This document shows positions 8,935-17,510 of a DNA stretch of 36,731 nucleotides, piece by piece. The DNA comes from Candidatus Micrarchaeota archaeon (lineage in GTDB: Archaea; Micrarchaeota; Micrarchaeia; Anstonellales; Bilamarchaeaceae). The notes under the pieces were generated by a model. It did no database searches. It saw only the letters and a program-made list of their open reading frames with translations, and was not told the DNA's origin. How positions within the stretch are numbered: the stretch's first letter is position 1; every line of letters begins with the position of its first letter. The translations under genes were made by a program, and so were the position numbers. The stretch covers positions 1 through 36,731 of the forward strand of contig JAFGQX010000055.1 in the NCBI GenBank assembly GCA_016935455.1, in the 5' to 3' direction.

Positions 8935-9336
8935 ATGAGAAAAGAATTATACAAAGGATTTGATGAAGAAAAAATTTCCGGCATGAGTCTTGACGATTTT
9001 GCAAAACTTGTAACTTCAAGAGAGAGAAGGACAATACTGAGGATGAAGGACAACCCCCAGTTCAAAAAACTTGTCCAGAAAGTAAGAAAATTATGCAAAG
9101 ACGGAAAAAAGCCTTCAAAAATGATAAGAACCCATTCAAGAGAGGCAGTGATAATTCCTGAGTGGCTCGGCCTTACTTTTGGAATTTATAACGGGAAGGA
9201 GTTCAAAAAAGTAACAATAACTCTCAGCCATCTTGGAAAAAGGCTTGGAGATTTTGCACACAGCACTGGAAGAGTTCTTCACTCCGGTCCGGGTGTGGGT
9301 GCAACAAGAGGAAGCAAATTTGTGCCGATTAAGTGA
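8935..9336 (+). CDS. rps19: 30S ribosomal protein S19
   Basis: The C-terminal ...GDFAHSTGRVLHSGPGVGATRGSKFVPIK is typical of S19/S15e. ATG 8935 lies 9 nt after GAGGT; the ORF-track start is TTG 8926. Confidence 0.9.
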   Translation: MRKELYKGFDEEKISGMSLDDFAKLVTSRERRTILRMKDNPQFKKLVQKVRKLCKDGKKPSKMIRTHSREAVIIPEWLGLTFGIYNGKEFKKVTITLSHLGKRLGDFAHSTGRVLHSGPGVGATRGSKFVPIK

Positions 9337-10031
9337 TGAGTATGAAAAGTTATTCATTTGATTTGAAAAATGAGGAAAACTATGCAAAAGCAAGGCTTGA
9401 AGGGGTAGATGCTTCTTTCAAGGATCTGTGCGAAGTGTGCGGAAGAGTCAGAGGGCTGAGAACTGAAACCGCAGTCAGCCTGCTGGAAAAATTCTCAACA
9501 GGAGAACTTCCGGTGCTTTACAAGAGCCATAACAAAAGACTCGGCCACAGAAGAGAGATAGGCGGAAAGAAGGGAAGATATCCTGAAAAATCAGCAAAGA
9601 TAGTTTTAAAACTCCTCAAAAGCGCAATTGCAAATGCAGAAGTAAAAGGCCTTCTTGGTCCTTTTATTATTGAGCATGCTTCGGCCAACAAGAAACACAC
9701 CTATCCGCGTCTTGCTTCAAAAGGAAGAAGGGCTAGGTCGGATTACGAGACTTCAAGAGTTGAGATAATTATAAAAGAGCTTGAATCCAAATCCAAAAAA
9801 CAGGCCGAAAAACCGAAGGAAACAAAGAAAGCGGAGGCAAAAAAAGAGGAAAAGAAACCAGAGACAAAAACAAAAGAGATAAAACCCGCAGCAAAAGAAG
9901 CTGAAAACGAGAAAAAGAAAACAGAGACTAAAACTCCGGAAGAGAAAGAAACAAAAAAGGAAATCAAAAAAGAAGAACCTGAGGCAAAAAAAGCCGAAGA
10001 AAAAAAATCCGCAGAGGTCAAGAAAAATTAA
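9336..10031 (+). CDS. rpl22: 50S ribosomal protein L22 with an 82-aa Lys/Glu-rich C-terminal extension
   Basis: L22 core to about residue 150 (...SRVEIIIKEL), then a KE-rich tail. The start is ambiguous: GTG 9333, ATG 9336 or ATG 9342. Confidence 0.9.
   Translation: MSMKSYSFDLKNEENYAKARLEGVDASFKDLCEVCGRVRGLRTETAVSLLEKFSTGELPVLYKSHNKRLGHRREIGGKKGRYPEKSAKIVLKLLKSAIANAEVKGLLGPFIIEHASANKKHTYPRLASKGRRARSDYETSRVEIIIKELESKSKKQAEKPKETKKAEAKKEEKKPETKTKEIKPAAKEAENEKKKTETKTPEEKETKKEIKKEEPEAKKAEEKKSAEVKKN
9783..10028 (+). repeat. Low-complexity AAG/GAA-rich region encoding the KE-rich tail of L22
   Basis: Encodes ...KETKKAEAKKEEKKPETKTKEIKP...KKAEEKKSAEVKKN. It shares a 50-nt module with the S3 tail. 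Confidence 0.8.
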
Positions 10032-10043
10032 TGGTGATTTTGA

Positions 10044-10865
10044 ATGGTTGACGAGAAAAAGTTTATTGAAGAACCTTTGAAAAAATACAGAATAATGGAT
10101 TTTCTTGAAAGAAAACTCAACAGAGCTTGGATAGCAGGAATAGATGTCCAGAGAACACCCCTTTCAACAAGAATCTCCCTTATGACTCTCAACCCCGGAA
10201 AAATAATCGGAAGAAGGGGAAAATCAATAAACGAACTTACAGAATCCTTAAGAGAGGAATTCGGCATTGAAAACCCGCAGATAAGCGTGGTGGAAGTAAC
10301 CAAACCTTATCTGGAGCCCAGAATAGTTGCCAAAAAAGCAACAAGATATATCGAAATGGGAAAGAAGGTGAGGTCTGTGATGCACTTCCTGCTCAGGGAA
10401 ATAATGGGCGCGGGTGCGATGGGCGCAGAAATTGTTGCTTCAGGAAAAATAGGGGCAAAAGGAGCCCGTGCAAAAACCCTTCGTGTTTCTGCAGGTTATA
10501 TCCCTAAAGCGGGAGAACCGATGCATTTTGTAAGCGAGGCCCACCTCAATGCGAACACCAAGTCAGGTATTATAGGTGTGCTGGTAAGAATTGTTCCTCC
10601 CGGGACAAAATTCCCGGATAAAGAAGTGACCGAAGCAGTTGCACTTCCCAAAGTTATTGAAAATGCAAGGCAGTTTGGAAGAAGACAGGAAACCCAAAGA
10701 CCATATTCCAGAGAAGGCGGAGCCAGACCTGCCGAAAAACCTAATGAAACAAAGAAAGCAGAAGTGAAAAAAGAAGAAAAAAAACCTGAGACAAAGGAAA
10801 CAAAAAAAGAAGAAAAAAAACCTGAGACAAAAAAAGCCGAAGAAAAGAAGGGTGGTAAAGAATGA
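10044..10865 (+). CDS. rps3: 30S ribosomal protein S3 with a ~43-aa Lys/Glu-rich C-terminal extension
   Basis: KH domain (GKIIGRRGKSINELTE). GGTGA (10033-10037) lies 6 nt upstream of the ATG. Confidence 0.95.
   Translation: MVDEKKFIEEPLKKYRIMDFLERKLNRAWIAGIDVQRTPLSTRISLMTLNPGKIIGRRGKSINELTESLREEFGIENPQISVVEVTKPYLEPRIVAKKATRYIEMGKKVRSVMHFLLREIMGAGAMGAEIVASGKIGAKGARAKTLRVSAGYIPKAGEPMHFVSEAHLNANTKSGIIGVLVRIVPPGTKFPDKEVTEAVALPKVIENARQFGRRQETQRPYSREGGARPAEKPNETKKAEVKKEEKKPETKETKKEEKKPETKKAEEKKGGKE
10734..10862 (+). repeat. Low-complexity region encoding the KE-rich tail of S3, with an internal KKEEKKPETK duplication
   Basis: Encodes EKPNETKKAEVKKEEKKPETKETKKEEKKPETKKAEEKKGGKE. Confidence 0.8.
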
Positions 10866-11053
10866 AAGGAACAAAAATCAATGACCTCAGAAAACTTTCC
10901 GAAAGCGAGCTTTCCAAAAAGCTTGAGGAGATGAACAATGCACTTCTTACAGAGAACACACCTTCAACAAAGACCAGGCCCCTGAAAAAGGCAGTAGCCC
11001 GTATTAAAACGATATTTACTGAAAGAAAAAAACAAGGAGGAGGGGTGAAGTAG
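10862..11053 (+). CDS. rpl29: 50S ribosomal protein L29
   Basis: 63 aa, LRKLSESELSKKLEEMNNAL. Its ATG overlaps the S3 stop (ATGA). Confidence 0.9.
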   Translation: MKGTKINDLRKLSESELSKKLEEMNNALLTENTPSTKTRPLKKAVARIKTIFTERKKQGGGVK

Positions 11054-11055
11054 TT

Positions 11056-11361
11056 TTGCCAGATATATGTCCAAAATGCGGTTTGTTAAAGGATCTTTGT
11101 GTCTGTGAGATTCTGGATAAAGAGGAAACAAGAAAAATAAAAGTTTATACTGAACGTGCAAAATTCAAAAAACTCGTTACAGTTGTGGAAGGCATTGACA
11201 AGTCAAGAATTAAAGAAACTCTTGCCGAGCTGAAGAGAAAGCTCGCATGCGGAGGAACAGTGAAGGACGACATGATTGTCCTGCAGGGAAACCACAAGAG
11301 AAGAATGTCGGATGCCCTTGTTAAAATGGGTTATCCAAAAGAAGTAATTGAAGTGACGTGA
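11056..11361 (+). CDS. Translation initiation factor aIF1 (SUI1 family), TTG start
   Basis: 101 aa with an N-terminal zinc ribbon (PDICPKCG...CVCE) and a SUI1 core (...LACGGTVKDDMIVLQGNHKRR...). TTG 11056 lies 7 nt after GGTGA (11044-11048). Confidence 0.9.
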   Translation: MPDICPKCGLLKDLCVCEILDKEETRKIKVYTERAKFKKLVTVVEGIDKSRIKETLAELKRKLACGGTVKDDMIVLQGNHKRRMSDALVKMGYPKEVIEVT

Positions 11362-11367
11362 ATCTGC

Positions 11368-11628
11368 ATGGAAAAGAAAGAGCTTTTGCTCGTGCCCTGG
11401 ATTGGATTTGAAATCCAGGTTATAAGAAGTTCTAACAGGCTCTTTATTGGCCTGAAAGGAAAGGTTGTTGATGAAACCAAAAACACGCTGGTTGTTGAAA
11501 CCGGCGGGGTAAGAAGAAGGATACCAAAAGGTGTCTGTGTTTTCCGGGTTTTTTCCGGAAAAAAAACATTTGATGTTGAAGGAAAAAAAATAATGTTCAA
11601 GCCTGAAGAAAAGGCGAAACACATATGA
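11368..11628 (+). CDS. rnp1: RNase P protein component 1 (Rpp29/Pop4)
   Basis: 86 aa, GLKGKVVDETKNTLVVET, in the conserved position between L29 and S17. Confidence 0.85.
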   Translation: MEKKELLLVPWIGFEIQVIRSSNRLFIGLKGKVVDETKNTLVVETGGVRRRIPKGVCVFRVFSGKKTFDVEGKKIMFKPEEKAKHI

Positions 11629-11640
11629 CAGGTGTATATG

Positions 11641-11934
11641 ATGGTGAAGGATAATGAAAAATCAAAACCGGAATACGGTTCAAGAGGCATGACTAAAGTG
11701 GGAACTGTAGTCAGCACAAAGGCAAAAAAAACTGTAGTAATTGAGATCGATAGTGTCAAATATTTCCAAAAATACAAAAGAAGGGCAAAATCCAAATCAA
11801 GAATTCCGGTTCATCTTCCGGAAAACATTTCCGTTGAAGTCGGAGATATCGTAAAAATCGGAGAAACCCGGAAAATAAGCAAAACAAAATCGTGGATAAT
11901 TACAGATGTAATCAAAAAAGGTGGAGAAAAATGA
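11641..11934 (+). CDS. rps17: 30S ribosomal protein S17
   Basis: S17-like sequence (GTVVSTKAKKTVVIEI...VGDIVKIGETRKISKTK). ATG 11641 lies 6 nt after AGGTG; alternative starts are 11632 and 11638. Confidence 0.9.
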   Translation: MVKDNEKSKPEYGSRGMTKVGTVVSTKAKKTVVIEIDSVKYFQKYKRRAKSKSRIPVHLPENISVEVGDIVKIGETRKISKTKSWIITDVIKKGGEK

Positions 11935-12329
11935 AAGGAATCGGCGCAAGAATAGTAAAAACCCTTACAACCAGCACACGCCTGGCATGCAGCGATAACA
12001 GCGGTGCAAAGGAACTGATGATAATTGGTGTTATAGGCGGAAAAGGCGTCCGCGGAAGATATCCAAAAGCAGGCATAGGCGATGTTGTAATTGCATCGGT
12101 AAAAAAGGGAAGGCCAGATATGGTCAAGAAAAAAGTTAGGGCTCTGATAATAAGGCAGAAAAAAGGATTCAAGAGACCGAACGGATGGACAATACTGTTT
12201 GAAGACAACGCTGCAGTTGTAGTAAACGACGACAATCTTCCCGTGGGAACGGAAATCAAAGGTGTTGTTGCAAGAGAAGTAAGTGAAAGATACCCTAAGG
12301 TTGCTGCGATAGCGCAGGGAATAATTTAA
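11931..12329 (+). CDS. rpl14: 50S ribosomal protein L14
   Basis: MKGIGARIVK...LACSDNSGAKEL. The ATG overlaps the S17 stop (ATGA). The ORF-track start 11892 would add a non-homologous extension. Confidence 0.93.
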   Translation: MKGIGARIVKTLTTSTRLACSDNSGAKELMIIGVIGGKGVRGRYPKAGIGDVVIASVKKGRPDMVKKKVRALIIRQKKGFKRPNGWTILFEDNAAVVVNDDNLPVGTEIKGVVAREVSERYPKVAAIAQGII

Positions 12330-12339
12330 TGGTGATAAG

Positions 12340-12822
12340 ATGAAGCCCGACAAAGAAAGACAGAAACTTTACAATTCTCCTGTTCATGCCAGAAAAAATC
12401 TTCTTCATGTTCATCTTTCAGAAGATTTAAGGAAAAAAACAGGAAAAAGAGCGATGCTTGTAAAAAAAGGAGACAAGGTAAAAATCATGCGCGGAAAAGA
12501 CAAGGGAAAGGAATTCAAGGTTGCAAAAGTGAGCTACGGCAAACTTGCAGTTTACCTTGAAGGTTTGAACAGAAAAAATCTCAGAGGAAAAGACGTGCTC
12601 ATTCCCTTCCATCCGTCCAATCTTATGCTGACTGAGTCTTCAGGTTCTAAAAAGGAAGCAAAAAAAGAAGAGAAGAAAGAAATCAGGGAAGCCCCTGTTG
12701 AAGAGAAAAAAATAGTAGAAGAAAAAACCGAAAAGAAAAAGCCTGAAGAGAAAAAGGAAAAGGAACCCGAAAAAGAAAAAAGTAAAAAGAAGGCCAAAAA
12801 GAGGTCTGTGAAAAAAAGGTGA
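12340..12822 (+). CDS. rpl24: 50S ribosomal protein L24 with a ~60-aa Lys/Glu-rich C-terminal extension
   Basis: KOW motif KGDKVKIMRGKDKGKEFKV, followed by the tail SGSKKEAKKEEKKEI...KSKKKAKKRSVKKR. Confidence 0.93.
   Translation: MKPDKERQKLYNSPVHARKNLLHVHLSEDLRKKTGKRAMLVKKGDKVKIMRGKDKGKEFKVAKVSYGKLAVYLEGLNRKNLRGKDVLIPFHPSNLMLTESSGSKKEAKKEEKKEIREAPVEEKKIVEEKTEKKKPEEKKEKEPEKEKSKKKAKKRSVKKR
12640..12819 (+). repeat. Low-complexity region encoding the KE-rich tail of L24
   Basis: AAG/GAA/AAA-rich run. It produces long spurious F/S-rich antisense ORFs. Confidence 0.75.
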
Positions 12823-12827
12823 ATTGA

Positions 12828-13544
12828 ATGGCAAAAAGAGGTGGAAATAAACACAAAAAAAGGATTGCTGCTTCAAAGTATATTCCCATTACCGACAAAA
12901 AGGAAAGCGTTTGGCTGGTTAGAACTGGTCCCGGACCGCATCCTTCCGGAAAATCAATCCCCTTGATAGTATTGTTAAGGGAAATTCTGGGCTTTGCCAA
13001 AACCAAAAAAGAAGCAAGATTTATTCTTAAAGGAAGGCAGGTTCAGATTGACGGGAGAATAAGAACGGAAGAAAAATTCCCGGTTGGATTTATGGACATT
13101 GTTTCATTCCCCAAGATAAGAAAATACTACAGAATCCTTGTAGACAAAAAGGGAAGGCTTGTGCCTGAAGAAATAGATGAAAAGCTGGCATCAAGCAAAA
13201 TTGGAAAAGTCATCGGCAAATACACTAAAAAGAAAGGAAAAATGATGATTATGCTTCATGACGGCAAGAACATAGAATCAGACAACAATGTAAATGTCGG
13301 GGACAGCCTGGTGATTTCAATCCCGGATTACAAAACAAATTCCCTTCTTAAACTTGGAAAGGGTTCAAGATGCCTTGTAAAGGACGGAAAACACGCAGGG
13401 ATTGTTGCGAATGTTGAAGAAATATTTACTGAACAGGCCGGGGGGCAGAAACAGGCAAGAATGAAAACTGACTCAGAGGAGTTCACCACAGTTGTAAAGC
13501 ATTTATGTGTGGTTGACGAAAGCATCAAAGGTGTTAGCAGATGA
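12828..13544 (+). CDS. rps4e: 30S ribosomal protein S4e
   Basis: 238 aa, HKKRIAASKYIPI...WLVRTGPGPH, an archaeal/eukaryotic-only family. Confidence 0.95.
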   Translation: MAKRGGNKHKKRIAASKYIPITDKKESVWLVRTGPGPHPSGKSIPLIVLLREILGFAKTKKEARFILKGRQVQIDGRIRTEEKFPVGFMDIVSFPKIRKYYRILVDKKGRLVPEEIDEKLASSKIGKVIGKYTKKKGKMMIMLHDGKNIESDNNVNVGDSLVISIPDYKTNSLLKLGKGSRCLVKDGKHAGIVANVEEIFTEQAGGQKQARMKTDSEEFTTVVKHLCVVDESIKGVSR

Positions 13545-14059
13545 ACGAAGAAAACAAGATGAGAGAACTCAGAATTGAAAAGGTTACAGTTAATATCGGC
13601 GTTGGTTCTGCAGGTGCAGAGTTGGAAAATGCAAAAGGCCTTATTGAAAAACTGACAGAAAGCAAGGCAGTAGAAACACTTTCAAAAAGAAGAAATCCAG
13701 TATTTAAACTCAGAAAAGACTTACCTATAGGGGTGAAGGTTACCCTGAGAGGAAAAAATGCATTCAGCTTCATTGAAAAATCCCTTACAGCAAACAAAAA
13801 GGTTCTCAAACTTTCCAACATAGACAAAGAAGGGAACATCGCATTCGGTGTAAAAGAATACATTGATTTTCCCGGAGCGAAATATGACCCCAATATAGGA
13901 ATGATGGGATTTGATGTCTGTGTTACAATCCAGAGAAAGGGCGGAAAAAGAACCTCCAAAAGAAGGATAAGAAAAACAAAGATGGGCAAGACCCACAGGA
14001 TAAAGCCTGAAGAAACCAGAATATTTATGGAAAACACCTTTAAGGTTAAATTTGAATAG
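13541..14059 (+). CDS. rpl5: 50S ribosomal protein L5
   Basis: 172 aa in the conserved operon position. Its start overlaps the S4e stop. Confidence 0.93.
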   Translation: MNEENKMRELRIEKVTVNIGVGSAGAELENAKGLIEKLTESKAVETLSKRRNPVFKLRKDLPIGVKVTLRGKNAFSFIEKSLTANKKVLKLSNIDKEGNIAFGVKEYIDFPGAKYDPNIGMMGFDVCVTIQRKGGKRTSKRRIRKTKMGKTHRIKPEETRIFMENTFKVKFE

Positions 14060-14069
14060 GTGGACGCTT

Positions 14070-14225
14070 ATGAAAGTTGATTCTGAAAATAAATTCAAAG
14101 GAAAAGGAAAACGCAAATGCAGGATATGCGGATGCCCGGAGGGGCTAATCAGAAAGTACGGCCTTTATGTATGCAGGAGATGCTTCAGAGAGGTCGGCGA
14201 AAAAATCGGATTCAGAAAGTACTGA
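14070..14225 (+). CDS. rps14: 30S ribosomal protein S14 (zinc-binding type)
   Basis: Not in the ORF track (51 aa). I translated it by hand: [51 protein letters not shown]. It has a CxxC...CxxC pattern, AGGTGG upstream, and fills the L5-S8 gap where S14 belongs. Confidence 0.9.
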   Translation: MKVDSENKFKGKGKRKCRICGCPEGLIRKYGLYVCRRCFREVGEKIGFRKY

Positions 14226-14234
14226 GGTGCTGTT

Positions 14235-14624
14235 ATGAGTGTAGATCATCTTTCAAACGCGCTGAATTCAATCAAAGTCCACGAAATGGTCGGTAAAATG
14301 CAGTGCTTGGTGCCTGCGTCAAAACTTATTTCGCAGGTTCTTGAGATACTCAAGAGGGAAGGATACATAAAAGGTTTTGAAGAAATCCAGGGCAGAGGTT
14401 GCGAAAAAAAGTTTGCGGTTGAGCTTGACGGAAGAATAAACAACTGCGGTACAATAAAGCCGAGACTGCCTGTCAAGAAAACAGAATGGGCAAAAACAGA
14501 GCAGAAATACATCCCGGGAATAGGAATAGGGCTTTTGATTGTTTCCACTCCCGAAGGTTTAATAACCAATGCTGAAGCACAGGAAAAGAGAATCGGAGGA
14601 AGGCTGGTTGCATATGTATACTAA
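14235..14624 (+). CDS. rps8: 30S ribosomal protein S8
   Basis: 129 aa, DHLSNALNSIKVHE. Confidence 0.95.
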   Translation: MSVDHLSNALNSIKVHEMVGKMQCLVPASKLISQVLEILKREGYIKGFEEIQGRGCEKKFAVELDGRINNCGTIKPRLPVKKTEWAKTEQKYIPGIGIGLLIVSTPEGLITNAEAQEKRIGGRLVAYVY

Positions 14625-15123
14625 TAATACTGAGATTGAAATTCCGGAAGGCGTAACTGCAGTTCTCGAGAGCGAATCCGCAGTAAAAATATCCGGAAAA
14701 AACGGAGAACTGAAAAGAGATTTCGGACTGGGCGTAAAGCTCTCAGTGGAAGGCAGAAAAGTTTCAATCAGCACAAAAAAGAAGCCGATGCTGAATACAG
14801 TAAGGGCGCATCTGCTTAATATGTCCAAAGGCGTGGTTGACGGCTTTGAAAGGAAAATGAAAATCTGCTACGCGCACTTTCCTATGAATGTAAAGGTTCA
14901 GGGAAATCATCTTGTAATAGGCAACTTTATAGGTGAAAAAGCACCCAGAAAAGCAAAAATAGCGTCAGGAGTCAAAATAGATGTCAAGGGACAGGACCTT
15001 ACAATCTCAGGCCCTGACAAAGAGGCTGTAGGCCAGACGGTTTCAAGCATAACTGCGGCAACGAAGATAAAGAAAAAAGACAGCCGTATATTTCAGGACG
15101 GAATTTATCCGGTAAAAGGTTGA
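14614..15123 (+). CDS. rpl6: 50S ribosomal protein L6
   Basis: MYTNNTEIEIPEGV... The internal ATG at 14614 overlaps the S8 3' end by 11 nt. The ORF-track start 14569 would lie deep inside S8. Confidence 0.9.
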   Translation: MYTNNTEIEIPEGVTAVLESESAVKISGKNGELKRDFGLGVKLSVEGRKVSISTKKKPMLNTVRAHLLNMSKGVVDGFERKMKICYAHFPMNVKVQGNHLVIGNFIGEKAPRKAKIASGVKIDVKGQDLTISGPDKEAVGQTVSSITAATKIKKKDSRIFQDGIYPVKG

Positions 15124-15494
15124 TGATAATGTCCGATAAAAAGAAAAACAAAAATAAAAAACCCAAGCCTTCTTTCAAGTCTCCAAATGTGGGAAACAAA
15201 AAGAGGGTAAAGGACAGGTGGAGAAAACCCAGAGGCACAGACAATAAAAAGAGAGTAAGAAACAGCCAGTGCGGAGCTTCCCCTAAAGTCGGCTACAAAA
15301 ATGCAGAAAGTGTCAGAGGAATGCACCCGCTTGGACTGAAAGAAATTTTGGTAAGCAATGTAATCGAGCTTATGGACAGCGTTGACCAATTCAAGGAAGG
15401 TCTTGCGGTAAGGATTTCCGGTTCTGTCGGAAAAAGAAAGAAAGAAGAAATCCGGAAAAAATGCGAGGAACTCAAAATAAGGGTTCTTAATTAG
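15123..15494 (+). CDS. rpl32e: 50S ribosomal protein L32e
   Basis: RWRKPRGTDNKKR motif. The start is ATG 15123 or 15129; the track start is TTG 15120. Confidence 0.9.
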   Translation: MIMSDKKKNKNKKPKPSFKSPNVGNKKRVKDRWRKPRGTDNKKRVRNSQCGASPKVGYKNAESVRGMHPLGLKEILVSNVIELMDSVDQFKEGLAVRISGSVGKRKKEEIRKKCEELKIRVLN

Positions 15495-15502
15495 GTGATA
15501 AA

Positions 15503-15940
15503 ATGACTTCACTGGATACTATAAAGAGGCTTGCTTCCGATATCCTCGGTGTCGGAGTAAAAAGAGTAAAATTCAAAAAAGAACTCAGCGAGGATGAGAG
15601 AAGGCAGGTTGAAGAATCAATAACAAGGCAGAACGTAAGGGACCTTATTCAGGATAAAATAATTACCGCAAAAAGAGAAAAAGGCAGGGTTTCCAAACCC
15701 AAAAAGAAAAAAACAACAAAAGGAAGAAGAAAAGGGAAAAAACATTCCAAACTGAGTCAGAAAGAGAAATGGATGGAAAGAGTAAGGGCACAGAGAAAAT
15801 ATCTTGCAAAACTTGTTGCGGACGGAAAACTAGAAAGAGGGAACAGAAAAGATATTTACCTGAAAATAAAAGGAGGGCAGTTCAGAAGCATATCTGCACT
15901 GAACACTTACCTTAAAGACAACAAACTGGTAAAAGAGTGA
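15503..15940 (+). CDS. rpl19e: 50S ribosomal protein L19e
   Basis: LKRLASDILGVGVKRVKF, with AGGTGA upstream. Confidence 0.93.
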   Translation: MTSLDTIKRLASDILGVGVKRVKFKKELSEDERRQVEESITRQNVRDLIQDKIITAKREKGRVSKPKKKKTTKGRRKGKKHSKLSQKEKWMERVRAQRKYLAKLVADGKLERGNRKDIYLKIKGGQFRSISALNTYLKDNKLVKE

Positions 15941-15945
15941 TGTAA

Positions 15946-16440
15946 ATGAGCAGGGCAAAAACACCTACATATAAAGTTCCTTTCAGAAGAAGGAAAGAAG
16001 GAGCGACAAATTACAGAAAAAGGCTTGCGCTTGTGAAAAGCGGAAAGACAAGAATGGTTGTGAGAAAGACAAACAAGGGAATAATAGTCCAGTTTGTTAA
16101 TTTTGATTCAAAAGGAGATAAGACACTCATTACAGTATCAGGGGAAACACTCCGGAAGGAATTCAAGTGGCCTTCAAAAAGAAATTCCAGCACCGCATAT
16201 CTTGCAGGCCTGCTGGGAGGAAAAAAGGCTGCTGAAAAAGGAGTCAAGGAATTTGTTCTTGACCTGGGACTGCATGAAAGCACAAAAGGTTCAGTACTTT
16301 ATGCTGCTCTGAAAGGGGCTGCTGATTCAGGACTCTCCGCATCATTTGATGAAGGGATGGTTCCTATGGACAAGCTTGAGAACGTGAAAGAAGAGTACAG
16401 CAAACTCTTCGAAGAAGTAAAGAAGAAAATCCTTTCTTGA
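15946..16440 (+). CDS. rpl18: 50S ribosomal protein L18
   Basis: FRRRKEGATNYRKRLALVKSGKTRMVVRKTNK. Confidence 0.93.
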   Translation: MSRAKTPTYKVPFRRRKEGATNYRKRLALVKSGKTRMVVRKTNKGIIVQFVNFDSKGDKTLITVSGETLRKEFKWPSKRNSSTAYLAGLLGGKKAAEKGVKEFVLDLGLHESTKGSVLYAALKGAADSGLSASFDEGMVPMDKLENVKEEYSKLFEEVKKKILS

Positions 16441-16449
16441 GGTGTTTGA

Positions 16450-17064
16450 ATGGAAGGAGAATGGTCACCGAAAACAAAAATTGGAAAAAAAGTAAAAAGT
16501 CAGGAAATTACCGAACTTAAAGAGATTCTTGAGGCTGGAAAGCCGATTCTTGAGCCGGAAATAGTTGATGTGCTTCTTCCGGAGCTTAAATCCGACACTC
16601 TCTCAATATCAACAACGCAGAGAACCACGGATTCCGGAAGAAAAATGAAATTCAGGGCAATTGTTGTCGTAGGAGACGGCAGAGGTTATGTGGGAATAGG
16701 CTCGGGAAAAAGCGAAGAGATAAGGCCTGCCATAGGCTATGCCACAAGGGATGCAAAAAAGAATATTGTTCATGTAAAAATGGGATGCGGTTCATGGGAA
16801 TGCAGATGCGGAAATCCCCACTCAATTCCTCAGAGAGTAGAAGGAAAAATGGGGAGCACAAGCGTAGTTCTTTTCCCTGCACCCAAAGGAGTCGGGCTCG
16901 CAGCAAACGACGTGATTAAAAAAGTAATGAAGATGGCGGGTGTAAAAGACATATGGTCAAGCACACATGGAAACACTTCAAATATATACAATACGGCTCT
17001 TGCGACCCTGCATGCACTGAACAGTATGAATAATCTTAAGCCGTATCCGAAAAAAGGTGAATGA
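16450..17064 (+). CDS. rps5: 30S ribosomal protein S5
   Basis: 204 aa in the conserved position, with an S5 dsRBD-like core (FRAIVVVGDGRGYVGIGSGK). Confidence 0.93.
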   Translation: MEGEWSPKTKIGKKVKSQEITELKEILEAGKPILEPEIVDVLLPELKSDTLSISTTQRTTDSGRKMKFRAIVVVGDGRGYVGIGSGKSEEIRPAIGYATRDAKKNIVHVKMGCGSWECRCGNPHSIPQRVEGKMGSTSVVLFPAPKGVGLAANDVIKKVMKMAGVKDIWSSTHGNTSNIYNTALATLHALNSMNNLKPYPKKGE

Positions 17065-17066
17065 TA

Positions 17067-17498
17067 ATGAAAATTGCAGTAGTAAGAGTCAGAGGAATAA
17101 GGAAAATTAATCCAAAGATTAAAAAAACACTTGAACTTCTCAGTCTGAACACTCCCAACCATTGTGTAATTATTGAAGATACTCCCCAGAATATGGGGAT
17201 GGTCCAGGTTGCAAGGGATTACATAGCCTACGGGAAAATAAGCGAAGAAACACTCTACAAGCTTTTATGCAAAAGAGGGGAAAAAGAAGGAAAATCCGCA
17301 AAGGAAATCTACAAGGACGAAGAACTTAAAGAGATAAGCAGGAAAATCTCAGAAGGAGAAGATACAAAAAAATACTTTAATTCAGTATTCAGGCTTCACC
17401 CGCCCAGAAAAGGGCACAAGAATATAAAGGTCCATTATCCAAAAGGTTCACTCGGCAAATGGGATGATATGGACAGTTTAGTTAAGAGGATGATGTAA
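17067..17498 (+). CDS. rpl30: 50S ribosomal protein L30
   Basis: MKIAVVRVRGIRKINPKIKKTLELLSL. ATG 17067 lies 6 nt after GGTGA (17056-17060); the track start is 17061. Confidence 0.9.
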   Translation: MKIAVVRVRGIRKINPKIKKTLELLSLNTPNHCVIIEDTPQNMGMVQVARDYIAYGKISEETLYKLLCKRGEKEGKSAKEIYKDEELKEISRKISEGEDTKKYFNSVFRLHPPRKGHKNIKVHYPKGSLGKWDDMDSLVKRMM

Positions 17499-17510
17499 AG
17501 GTGAATGTTT

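Noticed and set aside
9743-10021. Minus-strand F/S-rich ORFs opposite the KE-rich tails (9743-10021, 10563-10959, 12552-13006) and a plus-strand one at 26432-26818
   Set aside because: They are antisense products of AAG/GAA-rich low-complexity coding sequence. They have no start signals, and every one overlaps a bona fide r-protein gene.
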